DNA of 58,715 nt from Chromera velia (taxonomy: Eukaryota): NCBI GenBank assembly GCA_018398765.1, contig JAHBMJ010000030.1:1-58715 (forward strand), written 5' to 3'. A program made the position numbers and the translations under genes. The notes below the pieces were generated by a model. It was not told the DNA's origin. It was given only the letters and a program-made list of their open reading frames with translations, and did no database searches. Of this stretch, positions 22,482 through 44,175 are shown piece by piece (within the stretch, counting starts at the first letter, position 1; every line of letters begins with the position of its first letter).

Positions 22482-23885
22482 TTAAGGTAAAAGACGACAC
22501 AGAGTCTCTCTGATGTCGTTTTCAGTCGTCAACGGATTGATGCAGCACAGACGAAGAACGGACCGCCCACCCAGCTTTGTACTGGTGACGCACGCAAAGC
22601 CGGAATCTGCTAGCGCTTGGGCACGGTCGCTATGGAGGTTGGGCCTCCCGTCTTTCAGCGCAAAGCAGACAATTCCGATTTGTGCTGGGGTTACAACCTC
22701 CCATTGATTCGGATGCCTGCGCAATTCCTCTTCCGCAAATTCAGCCAGCTCGATACCTCGATTGACCGCAGCCCGGAACGCCCCCGCACCGTATGTTCGC
22801 AGAGACAACCAGACCTTCAGGGCACGCGAGCGGCGGGAGAGCTCAAGGCTCCGATTGCCAAAATTCACAGCACCCTTCCCCTTCTGCCCTAGATGGGCGT
22901 CCTTCAAGTATTCCGGTGTCACCGCGTGACGGCGTTCTAGAGCCCCAGGGCGAGTCACCAGACACGCACCGATGTCATAAGGCTGGAACAACCACTTGTG
23001 CGGGTCCAATGCCAAAGAGTCCGCCAAGTCCATACCCTCAAACTCCGACCGAGCACGCTCAGCCATGGCTGCGGGTGCACCGTAGGACCCGTCTATGTGA
23101 AACCAAATTCCATTTTCTTGACACACTGCGGCTATCTCTTTCAAAGGATCTATGGCGCCTGTGTTGGTTGTCCCGGCGCTGGCTATCACGATGGCTGGCT
23201 TCTGTCCTGCTTCTGCGTCTCTCTCTAATGTTTCCTTCAGATTCCTGACGCACATGCGCCAGCGATCGTCTGTCTGAACCCATCGAATCGATTCGTCCTC
23301 CCACCCCAAAACTCTCAAGTCCCTGATCAAAGAAGAGTGCGTTTGGCTTGTCACGTACACAACTCCCCGGCCAACCTCATGCCGTGCCGTTGCAAGCGCA
23401 GTCAAATTCGCCAACGACCCACCGGACATGAAAACACCTTCTGTGTGCTTGGGCATCCCTATCAACTCTGCTAGCCACTCAACAGCAATCACCTCCACAG
23501 TGGCGGGCCCCGACCCCCCCGCCCACGATGCCGCGATGGTGTTGAAACCGGTTCCAAGCCAGTCCGCCAACATACCGGCGAACGAGGCAGGGCCAGGGAT
23601 TCGCGCAAAATAACGTGGATGATCCCCATGCTGCTGATGGTTGAGGGCAATGTCAGCAAGCAGGTCAATTGACGTGTCGGCGTCAGTCGGGTTTTCCGGC
23701 AATGGCCCACCGAGCGTTTCGCGCAGTGCATCGGGACACCCTGTTTTGATTGCTGCTTCTGCGTTGCGGTTCTCAAGTCGGTCTACGATACGATCTACTA
23801 CCTTATGGCCCAATCGGCGCATTTCGGCACCGCTCATGCCGAGGACATCTGCCGGGTAGGCCTGGTCTCCCATTCCGGCCTGCAT
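22482..23885 (-). CDS. Group II PLP-dependent amino-acid decarboxylase (aromatic L-amino acid / glutamate decarboxylase family), bacterial-like, uninterrupted ORF
   Basis: 467-aa ORF with HPRYFARIP, GVFMSGGSLANLTAL, HSS, AGTTNTGAIDPL, WFHIDGSYG, and PLP-lysine motif SLALDPHKWLFQPY. The exact start codon (23885 or a nearby downstream Met) is uncertain. Confidence 0.93.
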   Translation of the reverse strand: MQAGMGDQAYPADVLGMSGAEMRRLGHKVVDRIVDRLENRNAEAAIKTGCPDALRETLGGPLPENPTDADTSIDLLADIALNHQQHGDHPRYFARIPGPASFAGMLADWLGTGFNTIAASWAGGSGPATVEVIAVEWLAELIGMPKHTEGVFMSGGSLANLTALATARHEVGRGVVYVTSQTHSSLIRDLRVLGWEDESIRWVQTDDRWRMCVRNLKETLERDAEAGQKPAIVIASAGTTNTGAIDPLKEIAAVCQENGIWFHIDGSYGAPAAMAERARSEFEGMDLADSLALDPHKWLFQPYDIGACLVTRPGALERRHAVTPEYLKDAHLGQKGKGAVNFGNRSLELSRRSRALKVWLSLRTYGAGAFRAAVNRGIELAEFAEEELRRHPNQWEVVTPAQIGIVCFALKDGRPNLHSDRAQALADSGFACVTSTKLGGRSVLRLCCINPLTTENDIRETLCRLLP

Positions 23886-24212
23886 GCTGCGGATTTTCTT
23901 GAATTACGACGACAAGTCTGACAGTGTTCTTGTTTGACAACTTTCCATTAAGAGCTATGACCAGCAGCAGCTGTAGTTTCCAAGTGAAAAAGCTTTGGAG
24001 ATTTTTCTGAGCCTGACAGACTGCAAGAAGACGTACAGCACTCGTATTTCGTGTTACCGAGATGATGATCGATCTGTATACACGTACGTATATATATATA
24101 TAGCACGTACGTACGTACGCGTATACGTATATACGCGTATATATATATATATACGTTTATATCGATACACCGATACATGAGACCATGCATGCAACGCGAA
24201 TTGATCGAAGCT

Positions 24213-24532
24213 ATCGCCTCGGGGGGCAGCTCAGCTTTGCTGAGATCAGCCGAGAGGCCCTGATATCGCGCGATCACTCTATAAACAAAAAAAAAACTAT
24301 TTTTTAGGGTGTCACCGCTTGGTTAATTCGTGGAATCAAGGTGAGTCAATAATGAGTCAATATACATTTCGCCCCGGAGGGCAGCTCAGCCCGGCCCGGG
24401 GGCCCTGAGAGAGAACGCACTTGCATAAACATGCACGGTCGAGACACGCGGTTAACTTAAACCACTGCATGATGCCCCGTCCCCGAGGCACTCACCCAAC
24501 TGGTTGGGTGTATCACGTATTTTTAATACATG
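24213..24532. repeat. Dispersed bipartite element, copy 2, between the divergent decarboxylase and TTL-like genes
   Basis: Aligns with 6962-7036 and 7171-7338. Confidence 0.8.
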
Positions 24533-24966
24533 CATGCAAGCACTCAGAAAAGTGTCTGACCTTACACTTTTTGCATGCATTATTGGGGTATCATTGAGGA
24601 TGTATATACGTTCCGCCATGAATCTGTCCTGCAGTCTGACTTCAGATGAAGAGGGATCAGCACGGCTCCTTGAACGACCCATTATGTGAGAGTCACGTGT
24701 GTATATCACATTCACTGACTGTCACAGACGATTTAAGCACGGGTCTGTCTACAGCAAACAACGAAAAGACGTGGTCAATTTCCACCACAACAGGCGAATG
24801 CGAAAGTGTCGTGCCACCTGGACTTGAATCAAGAGAAAAAGCAGCTCGCTGACGCTTTCATTCGTAATCTTGCGAGGGGCAGGAGACTGCGTGGCTTCTT
24901 TCCGATCATTCAGTGGATGATCAGAGACCCATGCAAGCACGGATCATATAGCATCCATATACATCC

Positions 24967-32774
<7,808 letters not shown>

Positions 32775-33349
32775 TAGCGAACCGCATTCCGATTGAATGC
32801 CAGTGGTTCCATCAAAAAGAAACACCAGTTCATTAAACGCAAAATTTATTGAATGTGGCGCTACATTCAATGTGTTCTAGATTATGTTAGATTGTGTTCA
32901 ATCAAGACCAAGAATTACAATTTTTTCAGCGTTTCTCCTGGCATCAGTCCTCTTTTCTTTTTTCATGAATTCGATCGAATCATAACATATATATATTCAC
33001 ATATATGTGTATTAATATTATAATATGCAAATATAAATTATGTTATCATGATGACTCGGATATGTAGCTAAGTGTGTTACTAGAATCATGATTTTTTTTT
33101 TTTTATGATTCGCAGCATGAATTTAATGCCTAATCGTAGGCTTAATCAAGCACTGGATGTAACTGCATGCATGTTCATATGTGGTTGGCCAATTAAAGCC
33201 CTCAACACGGCTCGCCGGCTTCAATTAACTTAAATCAAAATCAAATTAGTAAAATAATTAATTTCAAATATATGTACTGTTGCTAGTACTGTTCGCTAAA
33301 CTGCTAGCTAAACTGCTCGCAGTCGATTTGAATCGTGGACGTGTCACAA

Positions 33350-33350
33350 A

Positions 33351-33413
<63 letters not shown>

Positions 33414-33419
33414 GTATAT

Positions 33420-33460
<41 letters not shown>

Positions 33461-33507
33461 CACATACACATACACACACATACACATACACATACTCACA
33501 CATACAT

Positions 33508-33544
<37 letters not shown>

Positions 33545-33633
33545 TACGTGTACATACACACACACACATACACACACACACACATACACACACACACACA
33601 CACATATACACATACACACACACACATACGTGT

Positions 33634-33668
<35 letters not shown>

Positions 33669-33694
33669 CACTCACACACACATACACACACACA

Positions 33695-33725
<31 letters not shown>

Positions 33726-33795
33726 GTGTATACACACACACATACACACACACACACAGGCATACACATACACATACACACACATACACACACGC
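33350..33795. repeat. Intergenic (CA)n/(TA) microsatellite
   Basis: Direct reading. Confidence 0.95.
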
Positions 33796-34084
33796 AAATT
33801 GGACAACTTATATAGCTTCTGGAATAATACTTAGCTTACAACTATTTCTATATTTTTTATGAACATATTAATTTATAAAAAGACAGCTTAAAAAAAAACC
33901 GTTTTAAGAAGGTCCTACTTTAAAAGTGCATGGACATATGTAAAATGGAACACGACCTATAGGGCGCCGTAGGACACCATTGTCACACCAATGGACTTCA
34001 TGCAGACTCAGCAGCCAGCCTGAGAGTTGATGGAGGTACGTCGATTGTAACCATTTGTAACCGTGGATAGAGCTACGCTCTCGA

Positions 34085-34715
34085 TCACAAAAACAGACGA
34101 CGAATCATCGAGAAGAAATCGCTTTCACTCTGCATGATATCAGCCTCCAACACCAGCCTTCGGGCGTTGTCATTCAGCCACTGTGTCTTCACCAATGCTC
34201 CCGCCACAGAAGCCGCGTGCACCGATAGAAACGCAACACTCCACCGGAAGTACCTGCACGCACAAAAACGTTGTTCATTGGAATGCATTGAATGCAAAGA
34301 GCAATGAGCCAATGGAGGGAGGCGACTTCTCACCGATGCTTTCTTTGCGTCATTCTACACGTTTGTTCAACAGTCAGAAGAGAGAAAATGCAGAGAAAAA
34401 ATATTGGGGAGCTACAACTGTGTATCACCGTGCGTGCGTCAACGAGCGCACTTCTCAACGATCCCCCTTCGATCGACGCTCTTGGAGCCTTCTCTCGTTG
34501 AGGGAATCGCACTCGACTCGGGCAGGACGGGATGCTTTCTTTCTTTCTTTCATTCATTCATTCATTCATTCATTGATTCATTCATTCATTCTCTCTCGAT
34601 CTCTCTCTTTCTTTCCCTCCCTGCCTCTTTCTTGCGTCCTTTCTTCCTGCCCTTCTTTCTTTCCTCCTTCCTTCCTTCCTTCCTTCCTTCCTTTCTTTCT
34701 TTCTTTCTTTTCTTT

Positions 34716-34750
<35 letters not shown>

Positions 34751-35364
34751 GCTTTCGGAAGTGAAAAGAATTAAAACTTGTTTGTCAACTTTCAAACCGG
34801 AGCGCATTCTCTCTTTCTTCATACAAACACTCTTCTTGTCAACGCCAGAGAAAGTACGAAAGCACTCATAAATACATTCTCCAAGAGAGATTGATAACAA
34901 GTCCGTTCGCTAGAAGGACTGCACGGCTCAAAGTGCGGCCTCTGATTCATTCTGTTAATGCTTTCTCCGTTCAACCTCCCCCACATCTATTGAATCATTC
35001 TTTCTCGTTTCCGAAAAGAAAAATGAAAGGACCCGTAAGCGTGCAAAAGATCTGCATGGATGACGAAAAAGGAATGGATGAATGAATGATTGAGGGATGG
35101 ATGCCTTCAGAGGGAGGGGCGGGCCAAACGACGAATGGGGAAAAAAGAGCGATCTGTCACGGCCATTTGCGTTGATCTTCATATAGAATTCTTTTTACGA
35201 ATTTTCATACAGAATTTTCATACAGAATTATTCTATATAAAAAAATAAAGGCATGCGAAGGAGGAAAACAGAGCGATCGATCATGGGCATTTACGGTCTC
35301 TGCACGTCTGTCCACAGAAACAGACTTTATGGCTTCCTTTTTTTTTCTTTTTCCTTTCACAAAC

Positions 35365-35395
<31 letters not shown>

Positions 35396-35461
35396 GTTTT
35401 TTTTTTTTTTTTGTTTCTTTCTTTCTTTCTTTCTTTCCTTCCTTCCTTCCTTCCTTCCTTC

Positions 35462-35508
<47 letters not shown>

Positions 35509-36570
35509 TCCTCTCTTGACCGTCAAGCACCTCTTTGCTTTCTTTGCCTCGCGTGCGTGAGTGTTTCGGTTTCTCCGCCTGCCTGTTTGTCCGTTGGTTT
35601 GCTTGTGTGTCAGATTTCTTGTCTCTTTCGCTGCCTCCTGCCTGCCGGTCTGTTTGTCTGCCTGCCCGCCAGCTTCTTCTTCTGTATTTATTTGTTCCTC
35701 TTTCTGTCATTCTGTCTGTCGATTTTCCTGTCTGCCTACCTGTCCATCTTGCCTTGCGAAATCCCTGCATGTGCCAGAAAGGGCCGGCTACTCTACTGAC
35801 CATGCATTTATGATTATTCTCTGTATGAAAATGAATGCATATATCTGCCTATCTTGCCTTGCGAATTCCCTGCTTGTGCCAGAAAGGGCCGGCTACTCTA
35901 CTGACCACAATGGGCTCATAGCGAACCAGTGAAACAAAACCTCCAAGCCCCCGAGGACCGGCACCACGCAGAGAAGAGTCCTGTATGCGAATAGGGGGTT
36001 GAAGTCTCCGAGAAGCAGCGCGGCAAATCCGCCGAAAAAGCCGCACAAGGAACTGCAACACCGAATCACCCCAGAGATGCTCGACCCCCCCATACACCCG
36101 TACCTTCCAATATCCAGTCCCCAATGAACCGCGGAGAGGTACACCACCACCAGGGAGCTAAACTTGAGATGCCAAGGAAGGCACGTCTCGAACAAAACCG
36201 GGTTGGAGGAGGTCAAAAGCGGAATGGAGACAACCACCTGAAGGACTCCGACCGCAAAGAACGCGAGCTTGGGTATCCGGTCGGGCCGTTCTTTGCCGTC
36301 TCCGATGAATTTCTGTATCCTCATCTTCCATCCCCCATGGGCGGTTTCGTACATTCGCAAAGACACAGTGCCTCCAGAGGGTGGAGGGGGGCAAGGAGTG
36401 CTGGAGCCCCTCAGGTGTCCCTTCAGGGTGTGCCGTCCTGACGATCCAGCCCAAGCACATTCAGGGAGACGCTGAGACATGATGAACCGTCTCGACAAGT
36501 CTACCCGAAGGTAATTTGGTGATATGAAGCTCCGCGACCGGGCACCGAGGATAGAACCTAGTCGCTGCAT
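34085..36570 (-). CDS. DUF3429 / TMEM69-like multi-pass membrane protein; exons 36570-35906 and 34253-34085 (~277 aa; start could lie further upstream)
   Basis: Hydrophobic segments with VYLSAVHWGL and spliced SPLW|YFRW…; phase-2 GT-AG intron. The Arg/Ser-rich N-terminus MQRLGSILGARSRSF resembles a mitochondrial presequence. Confidence 0.7.
35746..35907. mobile_element. AT-rich mini-insert (35803-35850) between 57-bp direct repeats that include the minus-strand splice donor
   Basis: 35746-35802 vs 35851-35907 (2 mismatches); insert contains CTGTATGAAAATGAATGCATA. Confidence 0.7.
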
Positions 36571-37295
36571 TTCCGGAGGATACCGGACTGAGACTTTTTC
36601 ACAGCGCGCTTCCCGCCTCCATTCGCTCTTGAACACCGCAGCCTCGTTTAATTGATGCCAAGAAATACTTAATTGGACGGTTGAGGAGAAACAGGACCGC
36701 ACCCGCGGAGGAGCTAGCTTTAACAAATCAATTGACTTCAAAATTGTTGCACGTCCTGCATTGAACAAATCACAGTGTATGGACGACACCTGAAAGAGAA
36801 ACTCTGCAGTGAGTCATACCGAGTCTGCAATGAGTCTGCACCATGTCTGCACTGACTCTGCACTGAGTCTGCAGTATCAGAAACTGCAGTTTGAAGCGTA
36901 TACGCGCGTAATCATGCGCGCATTTTCTGGAACAACACGCGCATGGCGCAAACTTTCCACATGCAATTAATCGGTGGATCGATCGGAATCATATCGGAAT
37001 CGATCGAGCGAACCTCAATTCATCTCAAGTCATCATTTGTCATCATCTGATGTATCGATTATTAATTGTATTCTCACACATTTGTCGATGGCCGGGCTTT
37101 GTTGATTCATGCGATCTGTTTTTCATCGACCTAATCACCGCTTTTCTCATCGATAGATATTCTTGGCAGTTTTTGTTCAGCTTTGACACGCGGAGACCGT
37201 AAGAGTTGGTTGTTCATCAGACTGAGTGACCGTCTGGGCTCTTTATCTCGTGCTTCTGACAGCCTGGCCTTGCCTTTCTTTCGTTGCTTCTGCAG

Positions 37296-38649
37296 ATGCA
37301 GCAGAGAAGAGAGGTGTCTGTAAACAGCCGAGGGGCCGAGGGAGGCCCCTCTATCCCCCAGTCCCCCAGAGGTCCAAACGGTGCCAACGCATCACTCCAA
37401 CACACACAGGAAGGAGACGGATCGGGGGAAGGGGAGCTGTCCCGTTATCAGCAGCTTCTTCTTTGGCAGGAGAAACGGAAGACTGGAACTGGAGGCATGC
37501 GTCCTTCTCTCTCTTTTCATGGCCTTCCCGCTGCACCCGCACAGGAAAGGATGTCGACTCGAAAGAGAAAGAGCATCACAAAGCGACCAACCGATCCGCA
37601 CGACCACCACCCTTACCAAGCCTTGATGAAAGAAAACGAAGAAATAAACCCTCCAGAGGAAGGAAATGGAGGTAGAGACCTCCCGTTGTCCAAAAAGGTC
37701 CGATCCTCCTCTACTTTCCTCAAGGAGACTGCGCCCCTCGCCGACAGAACTCAAAACCAACTGCTTCAAGGTACAAGTCCAGAGGCTGCCTTCGCGTCTT
37801 TCGGCCCCCCTTCCCATCTTCCTCTTCCTCCTCCCGAGTCCCCCAAGAAGCAAGGCAACGCAGATCCCCCCCCCCACCAGCAGAAACCCCACAGCAGTCC
37901 CCTCGCAACGATCACCTCCCCCTCCCTCAGGGCAGATGCAGCACAGCCTGGCCAGACGGGGAGGACCAAGAAGACAAACAAGACGACGACACAGGAGAGA
38001 AAGAAAGTGACCGGCCAGGAAGAAGAAGAAGAAGAACAAATACACCAACCCTTCCCCTTCTCTTCTGCTCACGACGGAGCACAGACAGAGACAGTTAGGA
38101 CTTCTCTTTTCCAGCCGTCTCTCCCTCTGCTCAGTACTTCTGCCCCTTTCCCCAACGCGCCTCACCTCCCTCTCCCTCTTCCCTTAGGGCCTTCGAGCTT
38201 GAGAGGCGAAACAGAAAGGGAAGCAAAAGAAGAAACCAGACAACCGAGGGACCAGATGGAAGTGCAGGACGACGAAGACATTTTGGAGGAAGAGGAAGAA
38301 GAGGAGTCATCAGGTCGGTCTGTCAGAGTCGAATTAACCAGAAAAGTCAGACAGACAGACACACAGGTCGACGTAAAGAAAGACGTGCCGAGGGAGAGAC
38401 AGACACGAAGCTAGCGGCATCACGGAGGGAGGGCAGACCAACGTTTGTTCTTCTGTTTGTTCACTTCTGTACGTGTGACGGCACTGCCGCTCCTCCCTCC
38501 CTCCCTCCCTCCCTCCCTCCCTCCCATCGTTCGTCCTTTCCTTCTTTGTGTGTTCAACTCATGAGGGGACAACGGGAGCATGGGTCCTTTTCTCACATGC
38601 ATCGATCAAGCGAGCACCTTGCCCCCCTCCCCGTGCATCCTTCTTTTCT

Positions 38650-38685
<36 letters not shown>

Positions 38686-40572
38686 GAGCGTGTGCGTGTG
38701 CAGACGACGAAATTCCAGACGGACTGCTCGTCGACTCGGAGTCGGACGGGGAGCGCGCGAAGGCGAGAAGAGAGAGCGGCAAGAGGGGCGTGGAGGCCGA
38801 GGAAGAGGGAGAGGGAGAGAGCCTCGTGAGAGACGACATGGCCCTCCGATGGCTCAGCGGTGTGGCCCGAAAGCTCGATGTCAGTCAGTCAGTCAGTGGG
38901 TGGGTGGGTGCCGTTGTGGATGGATGAGGCGAGTCGATTGATGAATTGTTTGATTGATTGATCTGGCAGCTTTGGTTCGAACGANNNNNNNNNNNNNNNN
39001 NNNNNNNNNNNNNNNNNNNNNNNNNNNNNNNNNNNNNNNNNNNNNNNNNNNNNNNNNNNNNNNNNNNNNNNNNNNNNNNNNNNNNNNNNNNNNNNNNNNN
39101 NNNNNNNNNNNNNNNNNNNNNNNNNNNNNNNNNNNNNNNNNNNNNNNNNNNNNNNNNNNNNNNNNNNNNNNNNNNNNNNNNNNNNNNNNNNNNNNNNNNN
39201 NNNNNNNNNNNNNNNNNNNNNNNNNNNNNNNNNNNNNNNNNNNNNNNNNNNNNNNNNNNNNNNNNNNNNNNNNNNNNNNNNNNNNNNNNNNNNNNNNNNN
39301 NNNNNNNNNNNNGGGGGGGGGGGGAGGGTTCTGTTGTTGAGTCATGAGAATCCTGAGGTGGCCAGCCAGCGCGCCCATCAGAGGACATGACATGAGGTGA
39401 CATGACGTGACGCACGATGATAAATGCATTTATTGACTGATCAATGCGGTCTTCCAGGAAAAGACAAAATGCAAATTGTTTTATCGAGAAGGGTCAGGGA
39501 AGGAGAAACGTAGTGGTTTCCTTTCGCAACTTCTGTCCGTTGACCTTTCTGCCTGTCTGCACCTTTTCAGGAAATTGACCATGCCGTACGCTCTCGTCCC
39601 TGTCTCCTTCCTCCCGCCTCTTCCTCTTCTGCCGCTATTGCCGAGACGACTTCCTCTTCTTCCGCTATTGCCGAGACGAAAAGGACACGGGGAGGCAGGA
39701 AGGAGAAGGAGAAGGAGAAGATGCGCTCGGTTGCTGGTGCAGGTGAGCAGACAGATCGAATGATTTCTGTCTGTATTTTTTGTCTCCGTCTACCCCCCTC
39801 ACGGGCGCGCGATCGCGTGTGTGTCTGTGTGTGTGTGTGTGATTACGGCTGTATGAACTTGCTTGGAGTGTAGCATACAGTCCTTTTCTTTTGTGTGTCT
39901 TGTGTGGAAGCTTCATTAGGCAGCGTGTGTCACGGGAAATTCTGTCGGGAGCTGCAGAGGCAAGGGATGCTTAGCTGAAGTTTCCATTTTTCGGGCCCTT
40001 TTTTTCTTTCGCTCTTCCTTCGTCTGTGATGTGCCTCAACAGGAAAAAAGAGGAAAACAAGGAAACAAACGTATCCTTCTCTGCATGCTCCTTTATTTAT
40101 TTGCCTGTGCAGAAGACGCGCTGAACAAAAAAGACCCAACAGCAGAAGAGGACCAAATTCTGAAGATGACTGCGTCTGCGAGGGGCAAGGTCGCTGCCGT
40201 GCGTGCAGTGGTGAAGAGAATGTTGATCAGGCAGGAGAAGGAGAAGGAGGGGGAAGACCGGAAGAAGAGAGCTGCCAAAGAAGGGAAGGGGGGCCTTCTC
40301 TTCCTTCCCCCATATGCATGTCCAGCTTCTTATGCCCATAGCTCTCCGCAGACCCATTCCTCCTCCGACATCATCCCTTCGGCCTCGGGGGCTCTGACGT
40401 TCAGTCAGGAGAAATTAATTCAGCCAGGCAGGCAGGCCGCCATAGGCACGCAGGCAGGTTCCAAAAGAGAGGGAGGGAGTGGGGGATCCGGTGTGCATGC
40501 CTGTGCCTTCATGTGCCTCCTCACTTCCTCTCTCTCTCTCTCATATATATATGCATATATATATATATATAC

Positions 40573-40606
<34 letters not shown>

Positions 40607-42975
40607 GTGCGTGCGTGCGAGTCTTCCAGTTTCCCTTTGTTCTGAGCGCTCCTCCATCTCCTTTTTTCCCTCGCGCCGCTCGCGCAGAATCTTCCTTCCT
40701 ATTCGTATGCCTTCCCAAACATCCCGTCGGATGCGGTCTGGCTGGTCTGTCCTCTTTTCTCGAACAGGCCGGCAGGCAGGAAGGGAGGCAGGCCCACTCA
40801 CCCACTCAGTGACAATGCTTCACTCACATTCCGTCCAAGCGATCCGCTGCAGGCTCCGGAGGAGGATGGTGACACGGTGATGGGTGGTGGTGAGGAGAAG
40901 GGCCTCCAGAGAGACGCGATGGCGCTCCGGGGGGGTGAGGGGAGAGGGGAAGGAATTGTAGAGGTCGCCCAGATGTGTCATCAGAAGGAGGAGGAGGAAC
41001 AGAAAGGAGCGATTGCAGAGGAGGAGAACAACCAGAGAACGAACGCCGACCAAGGCCAACGGAGAGGGGCGCCGCCAAGGAGAAGCCTTCAGCCTCTCGC
41101 AGGGGCTAGGCAGGAATGGCGAGAGAGCGTCCTCAGACGTGTCGAGAACTTACGCACTCAGTTCAAGTAAGTCAGGCAAGTTATGTGTGTTCAGTCTGAC
41201 ATTCGAAACTTTCGGCAGCCTCCCTCCCTCCCCTTCCCTCTTTCTTGCAAGCAGTTGTCAGATACGCTTAATTCTGCATGCACTCCCCTCCTCTTCCTGT
41301 TCTAAGGTGATGCGTCAACGAATTTATTCAATCTGTTGCGGGCGGTCTGCCTGCTTCCTCCCTCGTTTAATTGCCGCCTCGGTTCCTACCACACACCGGC
41401 ATGAGCTCCTCCTTAATTGCGGTAGCGACCGACCATCTTTTGTTCTGTCTCTAGCCTCTGTTCTTGTAAGGTTATATTTATAGATAGAAATATCGAGGGT
41501 CTCTCTGCCAGGCCTGCAGAGAATGAGAATTGCGAGGACACCAGAAAAATGCACGAACAAATATGTAGGTGTTTGCGTATGCATGTGTGTGTGTGTGTGT
41601 GTGTGTGTACAGGGTCCAGGACACAAGTTTTCAGGAGACGCTGCAACTGAAGGATGCGGAGATTTTGAGATTGCGTCGAGTTGCAGAGAGCAAGAACGCG
41701 TCGATCGAGGTTCGTTCGTGGAGTTGGCTCTTCGGTGAATTCCACGGTGAAACAGCTTTGTTTCCTTCGCCAGTTTTCCTTTTTGGGTCATTTTGCTCTT
41801 CCTTCGCGTCTGCGTCTGTGTAAAGGTGTGTGTGTGTGTGTGTGTGTGTGTGTTCTCGAGAGCGAAGGGGGGGCGTTAATTTTGTAAGACAAGTCAAGTC
41901 CTTCTTCCTGCCCGCTTGCCTGCCTGCCTGCAGGACCTCCGTCGGCAGTTGCAGGACGGAGAGGGGTTGAGATCCCGACTGCACGCCTTCCTGGAAAGTC
42001 TCCGGGGCCACATCCGCGTGTTCCTCCGAATGCGGCCGCCTGTGGGGGCAGAGCTCGGTAACGGCCTGACAGAGGAAATGCCTGTGCAGGTTGGAAGGGA
42101 AGGGAAGGGTATGGATTCATTTTCATACAGAATTCATACAGAATGAAAATGAATTCATACAGGCAATTGCCTCTCAGAGGAAATGCCTGTGCAGGTTGGA
42201 AGGCAAGGGAAGAGGAATGGAGCTGGCGGTAGGTTGCTCATGCGCGTTTTCAACGGGATCGATCCCGTGGGACATTTTCTTCTTTGGTGCTTTGTGTCTG
42301 TCTTTGCCCTTCAGTCTTCTGCTCGAATAGAAAGAAGAATTGAAAGAAGAAAATCCATGCAACTAGGGCCATTTGACTGTGGGGAGCAAAGGCCCTTCGT
42401 TTTTCCTCTCGTTGACTTGCTCTTGTTCATGTTGCGTGCGTCACTTCTGATTTTTGGTAGGAACTGCTGCCCAGAATGGAAAAGGCCGATCGATGGTCAA
42501 TTGCCACTTGCAATTCCCTGAACGAACGAACGAACGAACGAACGAAGGAAGGAAGGAAGGAATGAAGAAACTGATTGAGTGCATGCAGTTCGTCGATAAC
42601 GAGAGCAAGAGAATGGTGGAGTGGGTCGGCGGAGCTGCAGAGGAGACGGGGGAGCGGAGGCGAGGAACTGGGAGACGGGTAGGTAAGTGTGCCTGCCTGT
42701 GAGATAGAAATCTTTATTTGGGGCGAGGACGGGACAGGGGGGTAAATTTTGAGTCCTTTCAAGGCCTCCCCTATTCCTTCACCCACCCATTGGAAGGACT
42801 AGGAAAAATGGACTTTCTTTCTCTCTTCCTCTCTTTCTTTCTTTTTTTTTTTTTCTTCGTGGGTCCGTGAAAGAGAAAAGTCCGTCTTTTCTGTCCTGCG
42901 TCTGTCAGCGTATGGCTCTGTGTGCATGTCTCCTTTCTGTCTTTTCTTTATATGAAATTGAATGTCTCTTTTCTC

Positions 42976-43010
<35 letters not shown>

Positions 43011-44118
43011 CATTGTCTGCATGGGTGAATTTCAATGAAGCCAAGGGAAGGGAAGGAGAGAGAAGCTTTACGACGAAGTCCTTCCTTCTCTTACTTTCCC
43101 GCAGTCATGGAGGCGCAGCAGGACACAAGTGTAGCGCAGATCGAAATTTCGTGAATTCTGATCGCACCGCTCTGACCACTCGTGCCCCTCCCTCTGCATG
43201 CATTCATGCACGCATTGATTGACTGTCTGACTGCATGCATTCATGCACGCATTGATTGACTGTCTGACTGTGCATGCCGGCCGGACGGTCTAGCAGCAGA
43301 CGAAACACTCTGACGATTCATTCATTCACGATGCTGCTTTTTGATTGAGTGGATCCATCCATCCTCTGCCTGACTGCAGGCGGATGCTCGCGGACAGAGA
43401 GAGAGACAGAGACCAAGAGCTCTGTACCACTGCGACGGGGCGTTTTCTCCAGAGACGTCACAGCAGGAGGTCGGTGCATGCATTTAATGTATGAAAATGA
43501 AAACAAATGCATGTATGAAAATAAATAGAGACATGCACAATTTCTCCAGAGACGTCACAGCAGGAGGTCGGCTCGAGGAAGGGCCGGACGAATTTTTTGT
43601 TTCTTAGCATCTTTAGCAATCCCTCTGTCTGTCTATCTGTGTACCTCTGTGCCCATCCGTCGGCCTCTCATTCTCTTCCTCTATGCATCTCTGAGCGACT
43701 TGACTGATGCTTTCTGGGCATTCCCTCAGAGCAGCCCTCTGTTCCTCCCTCCTCCTCTCCTGCCCCCTTTTTTTCACTCACTCTCCATTTCCGCCTCCTC
43801 CTCTCAATTTCTTGCCACCCCAAAGAAAGAAAAAAGCGTCTCTCTCGATAGATCCATCGACCTGCTTCCTTTTTTGTGCGTGTGCCCAGATCGCCGTCGC
43901 TTTACCTTCCCTTAATTCTTTTTGTTTCCCCCCCCTGCTCTGAGCTCCTCCTTCTCCCTCTGATTCTGCCTTTCTGCCTTCTCCTCTTTCTCCCCTTCCA
44001 TCTTTGATAGATCCCCATGCACTCTCTCCCTTGGCCTAGCTGCCGTCTTCAATTGCGTGAGTGCAGCCGGCCTTGTTTTGCTTCCTCTTCCTCTTCCTCG
44101 TTTTCCGATGTGTTTAAT

Positions 44119-44175
<57 letters not shown>

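Noticed and set aside
38885..39429. ORFs spanning the N run
   Set aside because: Artefacts of the assembly gap.
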